64,000 bases of DNA, from the NCBI GenBank assembly GCA_016703105.1, contig JADJCS010000004.1, positions 487 through 64,486 on the forward strand, written 5' to 3'. This document shows positions 31,394 to 40,971 of this stretch, piece after piece. The notes beneath the pieces are model-generated. The model saw only the letters and a program-made list of their open reading frames with translations, did no database searches and was not told where the DNA came from. How positions within the stretch are numbered: the first letter of the stretch is position 1; every line of letters begins with the position of its first letter. The stretch is from Flavobacteriales bacterium. GTDB taxonomy: Bacteria; Bacteroidota; Bacteroidia; Flavobacteriales_F; PHOS-HE28. Both the position numbers and the translations under genes were made by a program.

Positions 31394-31982
31394 ATGAAAC
31401 TCTACGTACTACTCGCCCATCCGGACAAGGACAGCTTCAACGGCCACTTGGCCGATGCCCTATTGCGAAGGCGCGCGGGCCAAAGGGCACGAGGTGCGGA
31501 TCCAGCGCTTGGGTGATATGCGCTTCGACCCCATCCTTTGGAAGGGCCTGAAGGTGATCCAACATCTGGAGCCCGACCTGCTGGAAGCGCAACGGAACAT
31601 CACGTGGTGCGAACGCTGGGTGATCGTCTATCCCATGTGGTGGGGTTCGGTGTCTGCGCTGTTCAAAGGATTCTTGGATCGCACGCTGCATCCCGGTTTC
31701 GCCTGCATGTACCACGAGAAGGGTCCTTGGTGGGACAAGCTGCTCAAAGGCCGCTCGGCACACCTCGTCACAACCTGCGATGCCCCTTCGATCTATGCGT
31801 GGTGGCAATACCGCAACAGCGATCTGAACGCCGTGAAACAGGCTACGCTGAAGTTCTGTGGAATAGGCCCGGTGAAAGTCACACGCTTCGACAGGATGAA
31901 GTTTTCGGATGCGAAGAAGCGCGAACGATGGCTGGACGACTTGGTGAATGGCATCGAGGATGCCAAGGCAGTGCGGCTGTAG
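31394..31982 (+). pseudogene. Flavodoxin-fold NAD(P)H:quinone oxidoreductase (NQO1/MdaB-like). There is a single-base frame break in a gccc run near 31452, which may be a sequencing error.
   Basis: MKLYVLLAHPDKDSFNGHLADA in one frame joins YCEGARAKGHEVRIQRLGDMRFDPIL...WWGSVSALFKGFLDR in the next frame. Confidence 0.6.
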
Positions 31983-32039
31983 CCACCCGCCCAGTCAAGG
32001 TATGTACGCTGGGTATGAGACTTCAACTCAACGCACCAT

Positions 32040-34265
32040 TCACGCCGCGGCCGGATACTTCCCGGCGAGCACCAGCATCAACGCTTCGCGTTCGAGGGGC
32101 TTCACGAAGTGCGCATTGAACCCTGCCTCCTTCGATCGCTTGCGATCCTCCTCCTGCCCCCAACCGGTCAATGCGATCACCACCATGTCCTTGCCCCAGG
32201 GCTGTCGGCGTATGCGGCGGCACACTTCGTAGCCGTTCAGTTTCGGCAGGCCGATATCGAGCAGGATCAAGTGCGGCCGGAACTGTTCCGCCACCTCCAA
32301 TGCGTCGGGCCCGCTATGGGCGACGCGGGTTTGCTTGCCGTTCAATTGTAGCAGTCGCTCGAGCATCAGCGCTGCATCCACGTTGTCATCCACCACCAGA
32401 ATGCGTTGAGCGGTCGCGAGGTCGGGACCGCCATCGACCGCCCCGAGCGCGGGCGCAAGGGCCGGGCTTTCCATGATCGCCATGCGCACCACGAAGGTGC
32501 TTCCCCGGCCGAGACCGTCGCTGTGTACCTCCACGGTCCCGCCGTGCATCTCCACCATGTTCTTCACCAACGCGAGCCCGATCCCCAAGCCGCTCACCGA
32601 GCGCTCCATGGACGTATCCGCCTGCACGAACATCTCGAAAATGCTGGGGAGTTGCGCGGCGGCGATGCCGATCCCGTTGTCCCGGACACTGATCACCACA
32701 TCCCCGCCCACTACTGCGACCGCGAGCGAAATGCGACCGCCCATGTCGGTGAACTTGCATGCGTTGTTCAGCAGATTTCCCAGCACTTGGATCAGCCGCG
32801 TACGGTCGGCGTTCAGGAACACCGGCTCCGGCGGTATGGTCACGGTCAGTTCATGCCCCATGCTCGTGACCAATGGACGTGTGTCCTCCACTGCTTGCTT
32901 CACGATGGAGGCCAGATCGATGCGTTGTTTGCGCAGTTCGATCTTGCCCCGGCTGATGCGGCTCACGTCGAGCAGATCATCCACCAGGCGCACCATCTGA
33001 TCCACCTGCCGTTCCACTATACCGGTGGCAGCTTTGTTGGCCTCGGGGTCATTGGTAAGCTGCATGAGCTGCACGGCGCTTCGGATGGGTGCGAGCGGAT
33101 TGCGCAACTCGTGCGCGAGCAACGCCAGGAATTCGTTCTTGCGGCGATCGGCTTCGGACATGGCCGCGGCGATCTGGCGCAGCTCGTCCTCCAACCGGCT
33201 CCGCTCGGTGATGTCCTCGATGGCCAGCAGGATCAGCGGTGTTTGGTCCGTCGCGCGGATCAGTCGCCGCGCGTTCAACAGCATGGTCTTCTTCCCGATG
33301 TGCTCGAACTCATGTTCCACGGAGAAGTCGTTCACCTGGTTCTCCTGCGGGAGCGCTTCTTCCAACAGGCGGCGCAACGCCGGGATATCCCATTGGCGAT
33401 TGCCCAGATCATAGAGCAAGCGGTTCTCCGTGCCCTCGGGCGTTACGCGGAAGTTCTCGTAGAACGATCGACTGGCGCTCTGCACCCGCAGGTCGGCGTC
33501 CAGCACCAACAGCGGTTCGCGCACCGTGGCCACGATGCTCGCGGTGTACTCGTGGATCTCCGTGGCCACCTGGTGCAGCTCGTCCTCCAGCCGTTTCCGT
33601 TCGGTGATGTCCTCGATGGCGAGAAGAATGAGCGGAGCTTGATCGGTCGCTTGCACCAGTCGCCGGGCGTTCAGCAGCATGGTCTTCTTCCCGATGTGCT
33701 CGAAGACGTGTACCACTTCGAAGCCGTGTACTTCGGTGTGCTGCGGTAGGATCTCCTCCAAGAGCGTGCGCAGTTCGAGGATATCCCATTGGCCGTTGCC
33801 CACTTTGTACAACAGGCTGTTGCCGGTCTCGGCAGGTGTCACCTTGAAGGTCTGGTAGAAGGCGCGGTTCACGCGTACCACACGTAGTTCACCGTCCAGG
33901 ACGAGCAGCGGCTCGCGCACCGTTTCCACAATACTGTCGGCAAAGGTGCGCGCATCTTCCACGTGCCGTTCGGCCTTGGCGATGGCCCGGCTGATGGTCA
34001 CTGTGGTGACCACGGCGACACCGCAGCCCAAGATCAAGAGCAATGCGGCGATCCATTCGAATTCCCGCGATGTCGTGTCGTTCGTGTTCACCGCATCCGC
34101 GCGGATAGCCAAGCTGGCGAGTATGAGCAGGATCGCGAGCACACTGAAGCCGAGCCACAGCTTCTTGGAGGTCGTCACGTTGTTGGGTGCATTTGCTCTT
34201 CGGCGAAGCGAGGATGTGCGCGCTCTGAACGCGGTGCGCATCAAAGCACGACCCGCAAAGGCCAT
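32040..34265 (-). CDS. Hybrid sensor histidine kinase with transmembrane helices, two PAS domains, HisKA, HATPase and a C-terminal receiver domain.
   Basis: EFLALLAHELRNPLAPI, GLGIGLALVKNMVEMHGG, ILVVDDNVDAALMLERLL...DIGLP. Confidence 0.85.
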   Translation of the reverse strand: MAFAGRALMRTAFRARTSSLRRRANAPNNVTTSKKLWLGFSVLAILLILASLAIRADAVNTNDTTSREFEWIAALLLILGCGVAVVTTVTISRAIAKAERHVEDARTFADSIVETVREPLLVLDGELRVVRVNRAFYQTFKVTPAETGNSLLYKVGNGQWDILELRTLLEEILPQHTEVHGFEVVHVFEHIGKKTMLLNARRLVQATDQAPLILLAIEDITERKRLEDELHQVATEIHEYTASIVATVREPLLVLDADLRVQSASRSFYENFRVTPEGTENRLLYDLGNRQWDIPALRRLLEEALPQENQVNDFSVEHEFEHIGKKTMLLNARRLIRATDQTPLILLAIEDITERSRLEDELRQIAAAMSEADRRKNEFLALLAHELRNPLAPIRSAVQLMQLTNDPEANKAATGIVERQVDQMVRLVDDLLDVSRISRGKIELRKQRIDLASIVKQAVEDTRPLVTSMGHELTVTIPPEPVFLNADRTRLIQVLGNLLNNACKFTDMGGRISLAVAVVGGDVVISVRDNGIGIAAAQLPSIFEMFVQADTSMERSVSGLGIGLALVKNMVEMHGGTVEVHSDGLGRGSTFVVRMAIMESPALAPALGAVDGGPDLATAQRILVVDDNVDAALMLERLLQLNGKQTRVAHSGPDALEVAEQFRPHLILLDIGLPKLNGYEVCRRIRRQPWGKDMVVIALTGWGQEEDRKRSKEAGFNAHFVKPLEREALMLVLAGKYPAAA

Positions 34266-34577
34266 TGCAACGGGGCATCATTCCCGGCTTGGTGTTCGCG
34301 ATCACTTTCCATGGGGTCGGCGGTTCCGCTGGATCCAGCATCGTGCGTGTTCGCAGCATGCGCGCAAGCACTGCGGTTCTCTGCTTGTTGAAGGTGCTCT
34401 CCGGCGGTGACCGGCCCCCTATCGGTGAGCAACGCTGCGGGGTGGGGCGCTATCGCCCGCCGGTTCCCCAAAATCGGGCCTTACCTCTCCATGCTGATCC
34501 GGCATCGAAAGAACCAAGGATGCTTCGCCGCATCCCGGACGCGGCAGGCTCCTTCTGATCGATCTCCGCAGCCTGTT

Positions 34578-35324
34578 CTAGTGCGCCAGATACCCGCCGT
34601 CCACGTTGTAGTAAGAGCCGGTGACGAACGACGCCTTGTCCGAAGCGAGCCACAGCACCAGTTCCGCGACTTCCTGCGCGGTTCCGAGCCGTTGCATCGG
34701 GTGCATGGCGGCTATGCCTTTCAGTTGTTCCGCGTTCAGGTTCTTGTCGAGCAACGGCGTTTGGATGAAACCCGGCCCAACAGCATTCACGCGGATGCCT
34801 TGTGTGGCGTACTCGCATGCAGCGGTCTCAGTAAGGCCGATCACACCGTGCTTGGCGGAGGCATACGCGCTGCTCATCGGAAAGCCCACTTTGCCGAGGA
34901 TGGATGCCATGTTCACGATGGAGCCTCCACCGTTCTTCAGCATGGCCGGTATCTGGTAGCGCATGCCATAGAACACGCCGCTGAGATTGATCGCGATCAC
35001 CTTGTCCCAGCCGTCGATCGGATAGTCGCCGGTGAGCGCTGAGGGACCGCCGATGCCGGCGTTGTTCACTGCGATATCCAGCCGCCCGAATTTCTTTACC
35101 GTATCGCTGACCAGTCGCTCGCATTCGGCGGGTTGGGAGACGTCTGTTTTCACGACCAGTCCCTGGCCGCCTTGCTTTTCGATCAGGGCCAGCACACGCT
35201 CCGAACCCGCGTTATCCATATCGGCCAGCACCACGCTGGCGCCATTGGCCGAGAAGAGTTGGGCAACGGCTTCGCCGATGCCGGAGCCTGCGCCGGTCAC
35301 GAGCGCGATCTTGTTCTTGAGCAT
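34578..35324 (-). CDS. SDR-family oxidoreductase.
   Basis: IALVTGAGSGIGEA...NNAGI...YASAKHGVIGLT. Confidence 0.85.
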   Translation of the reverse strand: MLKNKIALVTGAGSGIGEAVAQLFSANGASVVLADMDNAGSERVLALIEKQGGQGLVVKTDVSQPAECERLVSDTVKKFGRLDIAVNNAGIGGPSALTGDYPIDGWDKVIAINLSGVFYGMRYQIPAMLKNGGGSIVNMASILGKVGFPMSSAYASAKHGVIGLTETAACEYATQGIRVNAVGPGFIQTPLLDKNLNAEQLKGIAAMHPMQRLGTAQEVAELVLWLASDKASFVTGSYYNVDGGYLAH

Positions 35325-35393
35325 GTTGTGGATGGGTATCAACGCATTGAAGGTTAGGTGCACGGAGCAGTTAAGGACTGATGGTCGTCAGGC

Positions 35394-36005
35394 TTACGCG
35401 ACGCCTTCGGCAAGCAGCACGTTGTGGTCCTTGGCGATCTCTTGTGTACGCAGCGGTTTCAATGCTGTGCCCCATGCGATCACTTGGTCGAGCATGGTGT
35501 GTACTTCCTTCTCGTGCATGGCAGCAGGGGCGAAGGTGCGGGCATCCTTGAAGTCGGTAAAGAGCGAAAGCCCCACCTGGGCGCGCACCGTGGCTACTTG
35601 CAGTTCGGCCATGATCAGGCGCAGATGCTCCACTGCGCGCGTGCCGCCGACGGATCCGTAGGCCACGAAGCCTGCGACTTTGTTCACCCACTCCTTGTTC
35701 AGGAAGTCGACCGCGTTCTTCAACGCACCGGATGTGCTGTGGTTGTACTCCGGAGTAACGAACACATAACCATCGAATTCCGCGACCTTCGCCGACCACT
35801 TCTTCGTGTGGTCCTTCGTGTACTTGCCCAGCATTGGTGATGCGGGTTCGTCCAGCAGTGGCAGGTTGAAATCAAGGAGGTCCAGGAGTTCGAAGTATGC
35901 GTCCGTGCGCTGCTTCGCCAAGCCATATACCCACTTGGCAACTGCTTCTCCGTTGCGCCCGGGCCGTGTGCTTCCGAGGACGATAGCGATCTTCAGGGTA
36001 CTCAT
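35394..36005 (-). CDS. NADPH-dependent FMN reductase.
   Basis: KIAIVLGSTRPGRNGEAVAKWV...YVFVTPEYNHSTSGALKNAVDFL. Confidence 0.85.
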   Translation of the reverse strand: MSTLKIAIVLGSTRPGRNGEAVAKWVYGLAKQRTDAYFELLDLLDFNLPLLDEPASPMLGKYTKDHTKKWSAKVAEFDGYVFVTPEYNHSTSGALKNAVDFLNKEWVNKVAGFVAYGSVGGTRAVEHLRLIMAELQVATVRAQVGLSLFTDFKDARTFAPAAMHEKEVHTMLDQVIAWGTALKPLRTQEIAKDHNVLLAEGVA

Positions 36006-36245
36006 GTGCAGCGGGTTTTTTCATACACTGATCCTCAGATCATGGTCCATGGGATCCACCGGTTTTTCCGGGGATCGGTGGTTGCCTCTGTGAGGCGCAC
36101 TGCATCGGAAATGTCACTGGACGAAACGTTCGCGATATCCTCCGGGCACATTTCTCTTTCTGGGAGAGAACGCCCCGTTCCCGGTCAATGCTTGCCCGAT
36201 CGATGGTGCGTACGGCTCACGCACGCGCATCAAGAGAGGAGCCTG

Positions 36246-38753
36246 TCACCGCGTGGCCGTCTTGCTCCGCCGTATCCACTTATACACCTCGAACCAAAGC
36301 ACAGAAGCGAAGCCCATCGCGGCCGCGATGCCGAGTTGCGGGGCCGATGGTGAAGCCAGGTGAAAGAAGTCGCGGAACACCGGCACGTAGAGCAGCGCAC
36401 CGAGCAATGCGAGAGTGAGCAGGAGAATGCCACGCAGCAGCCAGTTGCCGTAGCCGAAGGTGCTGAACATGGAATGGGTGAACGAGCGGTTCACCAGCGT
36501 GAGGCCGATGTTGGCGAAGACCAAGGCGCTGAACACCATGGCGCGCACCAGCTCTTCTGAATGACCTTGCTGCACCGCCAGTTGATACGTGCCCAACGTA
36601 CCGAGCGCGATGACCAGTCCTTGCCAGATGCTGATCGAGAGTTCGTTCCACGTGAGGAAGGTGAGACTGAGCGGCCGCGGCTGGCGACGCATGCCGTCCT
36701 TCTCCAGCGGTTCGTTCTCGTAAACGATACTGCACGTGGGGCCCATGATCAGCTCCAGGAAGATCACATGCAGCGGCGTGAAGATGTTCGGATAGACCCA
36801 GCCGAGGAAGAGCGGCAGGGATACCGTGAGGATGATGGGGATGTGGATGGAGATGATGTACTGGATCGCCTTCTTCAGGTTGCCGTAGATCTTGCGGCCC
36901 ATCGATACGGCGTCCACCATGTTGCCGAGATCATCGTTGATGAGGATGAGCGATGCCGCTTCCTTGGCGAGCTCGCTGCCGCGCTTGCCCATGGCGATGC
37001 CGATGTGCGCGGCCTTCAACGCGGGGCCATCGTTCACGCCGTCGCCGGTCATGGCCACCACATGTCCTTCGGCTTGCAGCGCGTTGATGATGCGCAGTTT
37101 CGCTTCGGGGAACATGCGCGTGAAGATGTTGGTCTCCTTCACCGCGCTGCGGAGTGCGGCATCATCGAGCCTCATCATGTCCTCGCCGTTGAGCGTTCTA
37201 TCGGCGCCACGGAACCCGGTCTGCTTGGCGATGGCCGCCGTGGTGAGCGCAATATCTCCGGTGATGATCTTCACCTCGAGGCCTGCATCATAGAACTGCT
37301 GAAAGACCGCACTGATGTTCGCCTTCGGTGGATCATTGAAGGCCACCAGTCCGAGGAAGTCGAGGGTGAACTCCTCCTGGTCTTTCGGATAGGCGTTACC
37401 GGCGAGCTGGGCTTCGGCAACGCCGAGCACACGCAGACCTTGGCCTGCCAATGCTTCCACTTGCGCGAGCACCGCCGTCTTCTCCGCATCGCTCAAGGAT
37501 GACTGTCGCAACACCCGCTCCGGTGCGCCCTTGCACGCGATGATGCGTTCGCCCTTCTCGTTCGCGAAGACGTGCGTCATCATCGGTGGCTTGCCACCCA
37601 GCGGATACTCGTGCGCCATGTGGAAGTCAGGGCGGCGGTCGCGTTCCGCGGTCTTCTTGTAGGCTTCGTGCAAGGCCACTTCCATCGGGTCGAAGGGCAC
37701 CGGCTCGCTGGCCCACATGGCGACTTCGATCACGCGGCGCGCTTCGGTGCCGGACCATGTATCGAGTGCGAGCGTTTCTCCGGTCGCCTGTACAAAGAGT
37801 TGCGCCAGCGACATCTTGTTCTCGGTGATCGTACCGGTCTTGTCGGTGCAGATCACAGTGGCCGAACCGAGCGTTTCAACCGTGGTGGAGCGCTTCACGA
37901 TCACGCCTTGCTTCGCCAATCGCCATGCGCCCAACGCCAGGAACGTGGCGAAGGCAACGGGTATCTCTTCCGGCAAAATGGACATGGCCAACGTGAGGCC
38001 GATGAGCAAACTGTCCAGCAACGAACCACTGCGCGCGAACGCCACGGCCCACACGGCCACGAACACGACGACACCGACGATGGCCATGTTGCGCACAAAG
38101 CGCGTGATCTGTTGTTGCAGTGGAGTAGGGGGCACTTCGATCGCAGCGAGCGAGGTGCTGATCTTGCCGAGCTGGGTGCCTTTGCCCACGGCGGTAACAC
38201 GATAGACCGCCAACCCGGAGACCACCTGTGTGCCTTTGCTCACGGTAGCGAGCGCGGCTTCGGTATTGCGCGCCACAGCGAAGGCTTCGCCCGTGAGGAT
38301 CGACTCGTTCACACTGAAGTCGTTGCCCTGCACGATCACACCATCGGCGGCGAGCAAACTTCCCTCCTCCGCCACGGCATGATCGCCGACCACCACATCT
38401 TCCACCGGGACCTTCACCACGGTGTTGTTGCGGATCACTGTCGCCTGCGCCTCACTGAACGCGCGCAAAGCCGATAGTGCCTTCCGGCTTCGCGAATCCT
38501 GGTAGATGGAGATCGCCGACACCAGCACGATGGCACCCGCCATGAAGTAGGCCTCGGTGCGCTCACCCAGCGCGAAGTAGATGATACTGGTGGCCAGCAG
38601 CAGCAAGAACATCGGTTCCAGCACAGCGCCCTTCACCGCAGGCCAGAACGCTCCGCCGGTTTTGCCATCGATTTTATTGCGCCCGTACCGCGCCCGCGCG
38701 GCGATCACTTCCGCCTCGCTGAGACCTTTAAAAGGGAAAGGATTGGCGGGCAT
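36246..38753 (-). CDS. Cation-transporting P-type ATPase (P2/Ca-ATPase-like).
   Basis: ICTDKTGTITENKM, MTGDGVNDGPALK, TGEA. Ten transmembrane helices. Confidence 0.9.
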   Translation of the reverse strand: MPANPFPFKGLSEAEVIAARARYGRNKIDGKTGGAFWPAVKGAVLEPMFLLLLATSIIYFALGERTEAYFMAGAIVLVSAISIYQDSRSRKALSALRAFSEAQATVIRNNTVVKVPVEDVVVGDHAVAEEGSLLAADGVIVQGNDFSVNESILTGEAFAVARNTEAALATVSKGTQVVSGLAVYRVTAVGKGTQLGKISTSLAAIEVPPTPLQQQITRFVRNMAIVGVVVFVAVWAVAFARSGSLLDSLLIGLTLAMSILPEEIPVAFATFLALGAWRLAKQGVIVKRSTTVETLGSATVICTDKTGTITENKMSLAQLFVQATGETLALDTWSGTEARRVIEVAMWASEPVPFDPMEVALHEAYKKTAERDRRPDFHMAHEYPLGGKPPMMTHVFANEKGERIIACKGAPERVLRQSSLSDAEKTAVLAQVEALAGQGLRVLGVAEAQLAGNAYPKDQEEFTLDFLGLVAFNDPPKANISAVFQQFYDAGLEVKIITGDIALTTAAIAKQTGFRGADRTLNGEDMMRLDDAALRSAVKETNIFTRMFPEAKLRIINALQAEGHVVAMTGDGVNDGPALKAAHIGIAMGKRGSELAKEAASLILINDDLGNMVDAVSMGRKIYGNLKKAIQYIISIHIPIILTVSLPLFLGWVYPNIFTPLHVIFLELIMGPTCSIVYENEPLEKDGMRRQPRPLSLTFLTWNELSISIWQGLVIALGTLGTYQLAVQQGHSEELVRAMVFSALVFANIGLTLVNRSFTHSMFSTFGYGNWLLRGILLLTLALLGALLYVPVFRDFFHLASPSAPQLGIAAAMGFASVLWFEVYKWIRRSKTATR

Positions 38754-39051
38754 GTGCGCTCAAGGTAACCTGCCGCTCACATCAGTGCTTATCCCGGCCA
38801 CTGGTCGTACGCCGACCCGACAAGGCCCGCATTCTTGCGCCAGCCCTTGCGGCACCCGAGCGAACGTGTGAGCCTGCGGGTCATCCAGCGCCACTCATCC
38901 ACGGGACGATCCGGCCCCGGTCCGCTCAAGTTCGGCGCGGCCATTGTGGAATGTTCGACCAACCTGGCACAAACACACCTACCTTTCTTCACTCGTTCTT
39001 GCTCGTGCTGCTTTCCGGTCCTTTGGTCCGGCCACGGGACCTCCGATCGCG

Positions 39052-39477
39052 ATGAACCTCGCTTCTCCACCATTACGTGACCTGGCCGAAAGGCTGCTGG
39101 CAGAGGAACGTGCACCCGGCGAGGGGGACAATGATCCTGCGGTCGCGCGTGTTTGTGGCAAATTGGGCGCCTTGCTTTCCAAACTGGCCGGTGCTGCAGG
39201 GTACCGCTCGCTCCTTTCGCGCGCATTGGCACTGGCCCAGGTGGAAGCGCCCGCGTTGAAGACCTTGCATGTGCTGCCCGATGGAAAGCTCATCGGCTTT
39301 TATGAAGCGACCGAAGGAACGGACAAGGAAGAGTTCGCGCGCAGTGAAGTGGCGCTCGTCGCCCAGCTGTTGGGCCTCCTCAACACCTTCATCGGCGAAC
39401 CGCTCACACTGCAACTGGTGAAAGAAGCCTGGCCAGAGATCGTCCTCGACCCCTCTTCAGATAGCCCCAAGACATGA
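39052..39477 (+). CDS. Hypothetical 141-aa protein translationally coupled to kaiC. It shows no KaiA or KaiB similarity.
   Basis: Its stop TGA overlaps the kaiC ATG (ATGA at 39474). No recognisable motifs. Confidence 0.6.
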   Translation: MNLASPPLRDLAERLLAEERAPGEGDNDPAVARVCGKLGALLSKLAGAAGYRSLLSRALALAQVEAPALKTLHVLPDGKLIGFYEATEGTDKEEFARSEVALVAQLLGLLNTFIGEPLTLQLVKEAWPEIVLDPSSDSPKT

Positions 39478-40958
39478 CCGCACGCACCAAAGTCGCCATT
39501 AACAAACTACCTACCGGCGTTCCGGGCTTGGACCCGATCCTGGGCGGCGGCGTGCCGGAGTTCTCTTTCAACATCATCGCGGGCACGCCGGGTTGCGGCA
39601 AGACCACCCTCGCACACCAGATCGCCTTCGCCAATGCGACCGCTGAACGACCAGCGCTCTACTTCACCATACTCGGCGAGCCCGCGCTCAAGATGCTGCG
39701 CTACCAGCAGCAGTATGACTTTTACGACGAGAGCAAGATGGGCAGTGCCATCCGCTTCATCAACCTGAGCGAGGTGGTGTTGAACGGGGATTGGGACCAG
39801 GTGCTGGATGCCATCGTAAAGGAAGTGGAAGCCGTTAATCCCGCGATCGTGGTGGTGGATTCGTTCCGGAGCCTGGTACGCAAGGGGCTTCCCGAATCCA
39901 ACGAAATGCAATTGCAAGGCTTCGTGCAGCGGTTGGCCATGCACCTCACCAGCTGGCAGGCCACCACCTTTCTGCTGGGCGAATACTCCGAAACGGAACT
40001 CCGCGGTGATCCGGTCTTCACGGTAGCGGACGGGTTGATCTGGCTGCACCAGAGCGTGAACCGCAACAGCATGGTGCGCAAGATGCAAGTGATGAAATGC
40101 CGGGGCCAGGAGACGCTGCCGGGGATGCACATCTTCCGCATCACCAACGCAGGCCTGCTCACCTTCCCGCGCATGCTCGGCCTGGGTCCGTTGCAGAACC
40201 AGAAGCGTAGCGGTCGCAAGCTCTCCACCGGTATTGCCGAACTGGACACCATGATGGGTGGCGGAATTCCCGAAGGCGACAGCCTTCTCGTGGCTGGGGC
40301 CAGTGGCACGGGAAAGTCCATTCTATGCACCCAGTTCATAGCCGAAGGTCTTCGCAACGGAGAAGCGGCGATCATCGCGGTGTTCGAGGAGCGGCCTGCC
40401 GAATATGCCAGTCGCGCCGCCTCGTTCGGATTGGACCTCCATGGACCACAGGCCAACGACAAGCTGGAGATCCTTTACCTGCGTCCCCTGGACCTTTCGG
40501 TGGATGAAGCGCTCTTTGAGATCATGCAGGCCGTACAACGAGTTGGCGCGAAACGCCTCGTGATCGATTCGCTCGCCGGGTTCGAGCGCGCGCTCGCACC
40601 CGATTTCCGGGAAGATTTCGAGGAGTCGCTCTACCGCATGTTCGTGGCGCTCACCGGTCATGGCGTTACCATTATGAGCACGTTGATGCTGGAGGAGTCC
40701 TTCGTGAAACCCCCTGCGAGCAGCTACAGCATCTCCTTCCTCACGGACGACATCGTCCGCTTGCGCTATGTGGAGATAGAAGGTGTGATGCGCAAGATCC
40801 TCATGGTGTCCAAGATGCGTGGCGGCGACCACAGCAAGGTCATCCGCGAATACACCATTAGCGACCAAGGCATGACGATAAGCACCGAGCTGCTCGACGG
40901 ATATAGCGGCCTCACATCGGGTTTGCCGGTAAGCACGGAACGGACGGACAAGCCCTAA
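39474..40958 (+). CDS. kaiC: KaiC-like double RecA-domain ATPase.
   Basis: Two KaiC/RecA-like domains, each with a Walker A motif (GTPGCGKTT and GASGTGKS). GVPGLDPILGGGVPE and GIAELDTMMGGGIPE. Confidence 0.9.
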   Translation: MTARTKVAINKLPTGVPGLDPILGGGVPEFSFNIIAGTPGCGKTTLAHQIAFANATAERPALYFTILGEPALKMLRYQQQYDFYDESKMGSAIRFINLSEVVLNGDWDQVLDAIVKEVEAVNPAIVVVDSFRSLVRKGLPESNEMQLQGFVQRLAMHLTSWQATTFLLGEYSETELRGDPVFTVADGLIWLHQSVNRNSMVRKMQVMKCRGQETLPGMHIFRITNAGLLTFPRMLGLGPLQNQKRSGRKLSTGIAELDTMMGGGIPEGDSLLVAGASGTGKSILCTQFIAEGLRNGEAAIIAVFEERPAEYASRAASFGLDLHGPQANDKLEILYLRPLDLSVDEALFEIMQAVQRVGAKRLVIDSLAGFERALAPDFREDFEESLYRMFVALTGHGVTIMSTLMLEESFVKPPASSYSISFLTDDIVRLRYVEIEGVMRKILMVSKMRGGDHSKVIREYTISDQGMTISTELLDGYSGLTSGLPVSTERTDKP

Positions 40959-40971
40959 CGAAGCGGACACC

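Noticed and set aside
32406-33749. 447-aa ORF on the plus strand
   Set aside because: It is antisense to the hybrid histidine kinase gene.
36561-38477. Two plus-strand ORFs of about 300 aa each
   Set aside because: They are antisense to the P-type ATPase gene.
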